Assembly (NCBI GenBank): GCA_947630945.1
Contig: CANRJN010000001.1
Location: forward strand, 1-57,939
DNA length: 57,939 nucleotides
DNA from: an uncultured Bacilli bacterium
GTDB lineage: Bacteria; Bacillota_I; Bacilli_A; RF39; UBA660
Direction: 5' to 3'
This document shows, one piece after another, positions 10,898-18,466 of this stretch. Below the pieces are notes generated by a model. It was not told the DNA's origin. It made no database searches and was given only the letters and a program-made list of their open reading frames with translations. The position numbers were made by a program, and so were the translations under genes. Numbering within the stretch: the stretch's first letter is position 1; each line of letters begins with the position of its first letter.

Positions 10898-11324
10898 CTA
10901 AAACACCTACTTTCATAGTACCTCTTGTTACTTTTTCATTTTTATTATTTAATATTTCATATTTTATTGTAAATTCTTTGAATATTTCATTCTTATCAAT
11001 TACTTTTCCTTTTATTGTAAGTGGACTATCTTTTAAATAAACTGGTTTTTTAAATAAGATTTCAACACTATGAATTAAACTATATTTTCCGGGTAAATAT
11101 ACACCTGCAAGTGTTGATAAAAATGATGAAGTGAGCATTCCATATACTACTCTATCTTCATAACCTTTTGATAATGCAAACTCTTTATCATTATGAAGTG
11201 AATTTATATCTCCTGTAATATTTAAAAAAGCATTCATTTTTTCTTTTGTAATTTCACCAGTAAATTCACACTCAAGTCCTACTTTTATATCTTCAAATTT
11301 ATATTCATTCATTTTTAACCTCAT
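10890..11324 (-). CDS. MaoC-like (R)-hydratase/dehydratase, hot-dog fold
   Basis: 144 aa. GDINSLHNDKEFA matches the MaoC hydratase motif G-D-x-N-x-L-H-x5-A. The start may be the internal MNEYKF. Confidence 0.8.
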   Translation of the reverse strand: MRLKMNEYKFEDIKVGLECEFTGEITKEKMNAFLNITGDINSLHNDKEFALSKGYEDRVVYGMLTSSFLSTLAGVYLPGKYSLIHSVEILFKKPVYLKDSPLTIKGKVIDKNEIFKEFTIKYEILNNKNEKVTRGTMKVGVLDE

Positions 11325-11331
11325 CTTTTAT

Positions 11332-12375
11332 CTAATAAATATCATACTCTTTTATCAATTTTTCAAAATCTTTATTAGTTAATTCTTTAAATTTTTCTTT
11401 AAATTTTATATATTCTCGGTTCCAAGAATTATATATATATATATTGTCACGATGATTTGGTAAATTATAATTTTCTTTTAAATATTTTGAAAAATATAAT
11501 GTATATTTTGTTGAACCATAAATATTTAAATGAGAAGTATTATAAAAATCTGTTTCAAAGTTAATATTTAAATCTTCTAATGTATTAAAATTAACAACAT
11601 TTAAATTATTTTCATTTATTATTTTAATAACTTCATTTAACCTTTTGTCACTATCTTTTGAATATGTTCTAATAGGAACTACAAAAACAACATTAAGGTT
11701 ATTTTGTTTTATATAATCTATCAAATTTTGTAAAACTATTTTATTTTCTTCTTGAAGCGAATTTGACTCAGATGACCAATTATATTTATCCATTTTATAA
11801 GTTTCCACTGTTTTTTCAATTATTTCAAAACCTTTAAACAACTCTCTATTTTCAATTTCTCCGTTTAATAAATCTTTCCATCTATTATGGTATATCAAAA
11901 AACTAAAATAATAATTTATATATTCTTCTTTTGCGGTATCTTTATATGATAATATTTTATTAATTACATCTATTCTATTTTGCGTAAATTTCATTGAATC
12001 AGGAAGTTGTCTAAATTCCCCATCAGTATATGCAGACAAATTATCAGCTGCTTTTGCTAAATCTATTATATATAATTTTGGATTTTGATACTTTTGAGAT
12101 TCTTTAATTAAGTATTCTGTTCCAGCAAAATTTTGAGCATCAGTAGTCATTAGACCTGTTGTAAATCCATATTTTTCAAATGCAAGTGTTGTATTAAAAT
12201 GTTGATATGCATTACTATGTCCTATATAAATAACATCTAAGGAATTTTTAGGTTCTTCATAAAAATAACTTAATGGTGTTTTTTTTATCCATAAATAATT
12301 AAAAATGACATTCCACAAAACAATAAAAATCAAAACAAAAGAAATTATTTTAAAAATAATTACATATTTTTTCAT
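11332..12375 (-). CDS. SGNH/DltD-AlgJ-like protein, paralog 5 of 5 (separated from the tandem four)
   Basis: 347 aa. YIGHSNA and NTSHLN (Asn where the others have Asp), N-terminal TM helix, NIYIYNSW block. Confidence 0.7.
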   Translation of the reverse strand: MKKYVIIFKIISFVLIFIVLWNVIFNYLWIKKTPLSYFYEEPKNSLDVIYIGHSNAYQHFNTTLAFEKYGFTTGLMTTDAQNFAGTEYLIKESQKYQNPKLYIIDLAKAADNLSAYTDGEFRQLPDSMKFTQNRIDVINKILSYKDTAKEEYINYYFSFLIYHNRWKDLLNGEIENRELFKGFEIIEKTVETYKMDKYNWSSESNSLQEENKIVLQNLIDYIKQNNLNVVFVVPIRTYSKDSDKRLNEVIKIINENNLNVVNFNTLEDLNINFETDFYNTSHLNIYGSTKYTLYFSKYLKENYNLPNHRDNIYIYNSWNREYIKFKEKFKELTNKDFEKLIKEYDIY

Positions 12376-12380
12376 AATTT

Positions 12381-12623
12381 CTATTTTACTCTACTTAATA
12401 TAATATCAACCATTTCTCCAACATTTTTCATTGAAGTAACTTCATTCATATTAAATTTCATACCAAATTCTTGTTCAATTGCTACTACTAAATTAATATG
12501 TTCTAAACTATCCCAATCTTCAATATCATTTGAAGTTGTTTCTGGTTTTACAACTATTGAGTCATCATCAAATATGTCTCTAAAAACATTATTTAATCTT
12601 TCATATACTTCTTCTTTTTTCAT
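12381..12623 (-). CDS. Small acyl/peptidyl carrier protein (DltC-sized)
   Basis: 80 aa. IEDWDSLEHINLVVAIEQEFG contains the D-S-L phosphopantetheine attachment motif. Its start abuts the stop of the FkbH-like gene. Confidence 0.85.
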   Translation of the reverse strand: MKKEEVYERLNNVFRDIFDDDSIVVKPETTSNDIEDWDSLEHINLVVAIEQEFGMKFNMNEVTSMKNVGEMVDIILSRVK

Positions 12624-14401
12624 TATTCCTTCACCTCTATTACATTATTTTTATTCTCATAATTATCTAACTCTAATTTATAAGTTTTGTTTCCATCACT
12701 ATCACATGATAATAATTCAAATCCTTGAGTTTCATAAAATTCTTTAACCATTTTATTCTTTTGAGTTGGATAATAATAACCATAAATTGTTTTAATACCT
12801 TTTTCAAGTGATTTTTTAACAAGTTCATCCATCATAGCAAATTCCATATCTCTTTTTAATACTCTACAACTCATTATCCATAAGTCTATATGTAATTCTT
12901 TTTTCTTTTTGATATGTCCTATTACTACTGATATAACACCATTATCTCCAAATATATCTTCAAGTTTTCCATAAATTTTAATATATTCATCACTATTATT
13001 AACTTCTTCTATATCAGCAAGTGAATATCTCTTAGTAGTTAAATTAAATTGATTACTCTTGTTACTAAGTTGTGAAATTCTCTCTAAATATATTGGTTTA
13101 AATGTGGATATTTCTGCTACCATTTTTAATGATTTTAAATAATCATCATAATTATCAAATGTAGCCATCATTTGACTTCTTTTTGCATTATCTTTATAAA
13201 GCTCTGTTTTCTTAATATCTTCTTCACTAAAATTAGTTACTTCAAAATATGCATTTCTATCTATAATTCTTATATAATTTTCTGGTACATCTATTTCAGG
13301 AGTTGCTATACCTTCAATATATGTTTTAACAATATTTCTCTCAGCTGGGTTATCATCTACAAACACAAAACTATCAGCACCTAAATTTAATTCTTCTGCT
13401 ATATCTTTTGTATTCATATTTTTAGGATTCCAGTTTGCTTTAATTATTATAAAGTCTTCTGGTCTTAAAGCCCCTGCTGGATGATTTAATCCTGCTATCG
13501 CATTTTCATAATCATTTTTAGAGTTAACATTTAAGATAATACCTAAGTTTTTATGTTCTTTTAAATATTCTTGGAATTCTAAATAAACTTGGCCTGTTGG
13601 TACTTCTGGACCAATACTTAAATTATCAACTCCATCATCTCCAACTATTCCACCCCATAATGTATTATCTAAATCAAGTACAAATGCTTTTTTATTTTTA
13701 CCATAAATTGATTTAATAATATTTGCTATATTAAATGATAAATAAGGAATTGCTGGTACTTCCATTGCATATTTATACATATGCCAATAGAATTGATTAG
13801 CCCACTTATCTAATCCATAACATGATGATACATAATTAATATCATTTATAAAGAAATTTTTAGTTATATTTGCATAATCATAAAATTTTTGATTTAATCT
13901 TGTAATATAATTAATTTTACCATGAATATCACTAGCATCTTTATTACCCAGTAAACGATAATATGGATATTCAAAATTATTTTGAATAATAGTTGCATTA
14001 AATTTATTTAATAATGAATCCCATACTTTTTCAAATTTATCATATTCTGCTTGTAACATTTCATCAACTGTTTTTTTATCATCAAGCATTGTTGGATAAT
14101 TAGTAATATTTCTATTAGTTGTGTGAATATAGATTATATCTGGATTAAATTCATTTAATTCATCATTTCCAAATACAGCATCTTCATAAAATTTATTATA
14201 CTCAGATTCATAAAAAGTTGGTTTAATTCCATAGTTTAATAAAAATAATTCTAACATATTTTTTATTTCACTAGTCGTTGAACCACCAAGTATTGCTATT
14301 TTCTTTTCAATAAAATTATCTTTTTGTAACAATTCTTTTTTAATTTTCCTTTTGTTTTTGATTAATAAATCCGCATCAAAAGGATATTCTAACTCTTTCA
14401 T
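12623..14401 (-). CDS. FkbH-like HAD-IIIC phosphatase/acyl-loading enzyme
   Basis: 592 aa. FVLDLDNTLWGG (HAD DxDxT), FVDDNPAERN (HAD motif IV) and a C-terminal GNAT-like region with IMSCRVLKRDME, the conserved Cys box of the FkbH family. Confidence 0.8.
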   Translation of the reverse strand: MKELEYPFDADLLIKNKRKIKKELLQKDNFIEKKIAILGGSTTSEIKNMLELFLLNYGIKPTFYESEYNKFYEDAVFGNDELNEFNPDIIYIHTTNRNITNYPTMLDDKKTVDEMLQAEYDKFEKVWDSLLNKFNATIIQNNFEYPYYRLLGNKDASDIHGKINYITRLNQKFYDYANITKNFFINDINYVSSCYGLDKWANQFYWHMYKYAMEVPAIPYLSFNIANIIKSIYGKNKKAFVLDLDNTLWGGIVGDDGVDNLSIGPEVPTGQVYLEFQEYLKEHKNLGIILNVNSKNDYENAIAGLNHPAGALRPEDFIIIKANWNPKNMNTKDIAEELNLGADSFVFVDDNPAERNIVKTYIEGIATPEIDVPENYIRIIDRNAYFEVTNFSEEDIKKTELYKDNAKRSQMMATFDNYDDYLKSLKMVAEISTFKPIYLERISQLSNKSNQFNLTTKRYSLADIEEVNNSDEYIKIYGKLEDIFGDNGVISVVIGHIKKKKELHIDLWIMSCRVLKRDMEFAMMDELVKKSLEKGIKTIYGYYYPTQKNKMVKEFYETQGFELLSCDSDGNKTYKLELDNYENKNNVIEVKE

Positions 14402-14517
14402 TTGTACCTCTTTTCATATAACTCCTAAAAAGTTCATTAATAATATACCATAATAAAGCTCTATCTTCAAGTAAAATAAATAATATAAGGTTAAATAAAA
14501 ATAAAAAATGTTTAAAA

Positions 14518-14805
14518 TCATTTTTTATTTTTTACAATTATTTCATCTTTTTCTACTTCTTTATTCTTATTTTCATCAATTCCTAATTTTTTACTTATTT
14601 TCTTTTTTGCTTTTCTAAAATAAATTCCTAAAAAAGCACCTACTGCAATTACTACTCCAGCAATTGCTTGTATTGCATAAGTCATTACAGATGGATCGAT
14701 ATATGCTTTTGCATTTATTGTGAAAATAAACATAAATCCAAATGCAATAAACATATAAGAAACATATAACATTTTATTTTTCATTTTTATTCTTCCTTTC
14801 TTCAA
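14518..14805 (-). CDS. Small two-TM membrane protein, unknown function
   Basis: 95 aa ORF with two hydrophobic helices and a Lys-rich tail. The real start is probably an internal Met (MKNKMLY or MLYVSYM), which reduces the 32-nt overlap with the upstream gene. Confidence 0.45.
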   Translation of the reverse strand: MKKGRIKMKNKMLYVSYMFIAFGFMFIFTINAKAYIDPSVMTYAIQAIAGVVIAVGAFLGIYFRKAKKKISKKLGIDENKNKEVEKDEIIVKNKK

Positions 14806-16849
14806 CTTTTCTTTGAATTGTATTTATAATATAATTTGCACCAACAACAGAACTTTTACCAATATTATAAACATATTCTTTCACTAAATTTTCTATTTCT
14901 TTCTGATAATCCTTATAATTATTTAATATATTTTCTACTATCTTATCTAAATTATTTATTTCTTTTAAAGAAACAACTTCTCCCATTTTTTCTCTTGCCC
15001 AAATATTAAAAGGTTCAACTTTTATATTTTTATATTCTGGATTCATCACTTTCATAGGAGTGTCTATAAAAATAACAGGTTTATGGGTAGTAAATGAATA
15101 TTCATATGCAATTCCAGACCAATCACTTATAAGAATATCTGCATTAAATACAGTATCATTTTTGGAAAAATCCGTTTCTATTATTATATTTTTTTCATTT
15201 TTATATTTTTGCTTCATATTTAAAAATTTTTGTTTCATTAATTTTACTTGTTGAGGATGTGGTCTAACTATTACTTGATAATTCTTATTTTTTAATTTAT
15301 TTAGTATTTCTTCTAAACATAGATCTATTATATTATCTTTTTGCCAAGATGGCGCAATTAATATTTTTTTTATTTTATTCACTTTCTTTTGAGATTTGTA
15401 ATCATTTATCATATCATCTAAAAGTGAATAACCCCATTTAACAATTTTTCTATCATTTAAATTATAATATTCATTTGTTTTAATAGCCTCTTCATACTGA
15501 TGCTTACCAACAACAAATACTGTGTTAAAAGCATTCATAGAACATGTACGCATAGTTAAATTTAAACTATCCATAGCATGTGGAATATAAATATATTCTA
15601 TATCTTTTCTAACAATACTTTTCTTTATGTGATAATTGTCTAAATCCGGCATAGTCATAACGACTACATCAGCATCTATTTTCATCATTAAAGTAATCAA
15701 TCTTTTTTCATCTATAAAATATGCTTTTATTTGTGAATATTTCTTTTCTAATTCAAATATCTTATCATCATAATCACTAGTTATATAATGAATTATTATA
15801 TTTGTATTTTTTAATAGATATTCTATAATTCCCTTATAATATTTATAAAAACCATTGCTTTCAGAATAAAATACTAAATGCTTATTTACTATATTGAAAA
15901 ATTTTTTATAGTCTTCTTTTGATTTAATTTTTTCATTATGAGTTAATTTTATCTTTTTATTAATTTCATTTAATTTTTTTAACTCATTATTTGTTTGTTC
16001 TAATTCCTCATAATTTATATACTTTTTAGGATTTATAAAAATATTTAAAAACCATTGTTGTATTATTGCAAATAAATTGCTAAATACCCAATATAGTGCT
16101 ACACCTGCTGGTACAAAACTTCCTAAATATAGTGATAAACCTACTGAAAAAAACATCATTCCATATTTATTCCAATTAGACTGCTCCGCTTGTAATACAT
16201 TAATTTTATTTTGAAATATGCATAAAATTAATGCACTCAAACCTGCTATCAAAGGTATTAAAATAGAAATTCCAAGTTCATTGCTTGCAATTAATGTTAA
16301 ATCAAAACCTAAGAAGTTAAGATTTAATTTATTTATTTTTTCTATATATTCTTTTTCATTTAATAATTCTGAATATTCATTTATGTATTTATTACTTTTT
16401 ATATCATTAACAACATTTATTTCTAATGAGGATGATTCAACATCTAAAGAATTGTTTTTTACAGAAATATTAATCATATCTTGTGAAATTTCTTTAGGTA
16501 TATTTAATATATAAGTTAATGGATGATTTATTACATTTACTAATCCAATCAACAATAGAATTTGTATTAATAAAGGAATCAATGATGCAAAAGCATTATA
16601 ATTTTCTTTTTTAAATAACTTTGACTCCTCATCAGCAATTTTATCTTTATCACCAAAATAATTTATTTTAATTTTATTAATGTCTGGCTGAATTTTTACC
16701 ATTTTAATTGAATTTTTTTGCACCCATATTGATAATGGTAATAATATTATTTTACTAATTAATGTAAATAAGATTATTGCAATACCATAATTTTTAAATA
16801 TTTTATAGCAAAAATTCATTATAAAACCCAATATATCTACTAATATCAT
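14774..16849 (-). CDS. Fusion protein: YidC/Oxa1-type membrane insertase domain + CDP-glycerol glycerophosphotransferase (TagB/TagF family) domain
   Basis: 691 aa. The N-terminal ~270 aa carry NYGIAIILFTLISKIILLPLS...MVKIQPDINKIK...PAGVALYWVFSNLFAIIQQ (YidC signature). The C-terminal part carries VRPHPQQ and LISDWSGIAYEYSFTTHKPVIFID (TagF-family signature). Confidence 0.75.
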   Translation of the reverse strand: MILVDILGFIMNFCYKIFKNYGIAIILFTLISKIILLPLSIWVQKNSIKMVKIQPDINKIKINYFGDKDKIADEESKLFKKENYNAFASLIPLLIQILLLIGLVNVINHPLTYILNIPKEISQDMINISVKNNSLDVESSSLEINVVNDIKSNKYINEYSELLNEKEYIEKINKLNLNFLGFDLTLIASNELGISILIPLIAGLSALILCIFQNKINVLQAEQSNWNKYGMMFFSVGLSLYLGSFVPAGVALYWVFSNLFAIIQQWFLNIFINPKKYINYEELEQTNNELKKLNEINKKIKLTHNEKIKSKEDYKKFFNIVNKHLVFYSESNGFYKYYKGIIEYLLKNTNIIIHYITSDYDDKIFELEKKYSQIKAYFIDEKRLITLMMKIDADVVVMTMPDLDNYHIKKSIVRKDIEYIYIPHAMDSLNLTMRTCSMNAFNTVFVVGKHQYEEAIKTNEYYNLNDRKIVKWGYSLLDDMINDYKSQKKVNKIKKILIAPSWQKDNIIDLCLEEILNKLKNKNYQVIVRPHPQQVKLMKQKFLNMKQKYKNEKNIIIETDFSKNDTVFNADILISDWSGIAYEYSFTTHKPVIFIDTPMKVMNPEYKNIKVEPFNIWAREKMGEVVSLKEINNLDKIVENILNNYKDYQKEIENLVKEYVYNIGKSSVVGANYIINTIQRKVEERKNKNEK

Positions 16850-16857
16850 ATTAATCC

Positions 16858-18456
16858 CTACCTATCAAAAATATTTCCTGTTTTTTTAAATTTTGATATA
16901 TCATTTGCTTTACCTTCTGTTTCATATTCAATCATATGATTTGGATTTTTAGCAGAAAGATACAAAAAATTTCTTTTTCTATTATAATCAATATTTTTAA
17001 ATAATTCTGTACTTTTTTTATTTTCTAATAATTCTTTATAAGTTGTAATTAAATCTACATGAGAAATTGGTAAATTTGAAATATTCATTTCATGCTTTTC
17101 ATTAAATCCTTTAATAAATAAAATAGGATTCATTCTTTCAAGTATTGTATTTTCACTATAACCGTGATCTGCTAAAATTATAATTATTGAATTATCATAA
17201 ACATTATTTTCCTTTAATTTATTTAAATAAGATTCTATAATTTTAAAATTTGCTTCTACTTTTTCTTTATAAGTTCCATTACTAATTCTATTTAAATTTT
17301 TATTCAAATCAAATGGAGAATGTGCACCCTCTGTATGTATAAATTTAAATTGTTTATTATTAACTATTTTTAAGTTTTCATTATTAATATTTTTATAATT
17401 ATTATCAATTCTCCAATCATAATTATCTGAACTAAAATTAAAATTTAAGCTTTCTATTTTACTAAAATTTTTCAAAAAATAAGGTAAATATTTATATAAT
17501 ATATATTTTAATTCTTGTTTAAAAAAACTTTTTAATTTTACTTTAGATTCACTAATTGATATAACATTATTAACATTATATTTTCTATTATCATTCCATA
17601 TTAATTCTTGATCGTATAAATTTATTTCATAATCCTTTTCAGTCAATGTTTCAAATAATGGCGATGAATTTAAAGAGTTTGTAGAAAATATATCAAATGG
17701 CTCTTCATTTTTATTTATTTTACCACTTAATAATAATGGTATTGAATCCCTAGTAAAAGGATAAGTACTCATAGTATCAGGGAAAAAAGTAAAATCATTA
17801 AATATTTTTCTATAATCATCATTATTTTCTATAAAATTATAAAATGTATTTGAATCAACTGCATCAACTAAGAGAATAATAAAATTTTTATTATCAGATA
17901 CTTTATTAAAATTATTTTCTGTAAAAAGTATATTATCTTTAGATTTAAGTGCATCTGTAGATAAAAGTGTAGATATTAAAGAAATTGAAAGCATACCAAA
18001 TATTGCAAATGAAATATAAGAACAGTATTTTATTGTCTTATTACTACTTAATTTTTTACTTAAAATAATAGTGGTAAATATCAAAATAGTCCAAATTATT
18101 ATTGTTAATAAATTGTCTATTTTATAATCATTCCAATTAATATCACTTCCATCTATTAATGGCAAATTTCCTATTAAAAAATTTCCTTGTACATATGTAG
18201 CAAAAAATATAACAAATATGCATAGCAATGAAATATTATATATTTTTTCTTTTTTTATTACCTTTTTGCAAATTATAAACCATAAATAACTTAATATAAC
18301 TAATATTAAAAATATAACTAAAAATATTTTAATTGTTGGAAGTAACATAGTGTGAAAGTCAAACCAAAAATCATTTATATTTGTTGAATACATAATTATT
18401 GGTTCATAAATAAAACACATAAAACAAAGAAGAAAACAAACTATAAATATTTCCAT
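16858..18456 (-). CDS. Polytopic membrane protein with extracytoplasmic sulfatase/alkaline-phosphatase-superfamily domain (LtaS-like)
   Basis: 532 aa. About 5 N-terminal TM helices, then FIILLVDAVDS and IIILADHGYS motifs of the LtaS/sulfatase superfamily. Confidence 0.65.
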   Translation of the reverse strand: MEIFIVCFLLCFMCFIYEPIIMYSTNINDFWFDFHTMLLPTIKIFLVIFLILVILSYLWFIICKKVIKKEKIYNISLLCIFVIFFATYVQGNFLIGNLPLIDGSDINWNDYKIDNLLTIIIWTILIFTTIILSKKLSSNKTIKYCSYISFAIFGMLSISLISTLLSTDALKSKDNILFTENNFNKVSDNKNFIILLVDAVDSNTFYNFIENNDDYRKIFNDFTFFPDTMSTYPFTRDSIPLLLSGKINKNEEPFDIFSTNSLNSSPLFETLTEKDYEINLYDQELIWNDNRKYNVNNVISISESKVKLKSFFKQELKYILYKYLPYFLKNFSKIESLNFNFSSDNYDWRIDNNYKNINNENLKIVNNKQFKFIHTEGAHSPFDLNKNLNRISNGTYKEKVEANFKIIESYLNKLKENNVYDNSIIIILADHGYSENTILERMNPILFIKGFNEKHEMNISNLPISHVDLITTYKELLENKKSTELFKNIDYNRKRNFLYLSAKNPNHMIEYETEGKANDISKFKKTGNIFDR

Positions 18457-18466
18457 ACTTTTACCT

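Noticed and set aside
10846-11040. 64-aa plus-strand ORF
   Set aside because: Antisense to the SDR/MaoC junction. It has no motif and no ribosome-binding site.
13172-13384. 70-aa plus-strand ORF
   Set aside because: Antisense inside the FkbH-like gene. The Ile/Phe-rich translation is an artefact of AT richness.
15060-16514. Two plus-strand ORFs (15060..15254 and 16218..16514)
   Set aside because: Both lie inside the YidC-TagF fusion gene on the opposite strand. There is no independent support.
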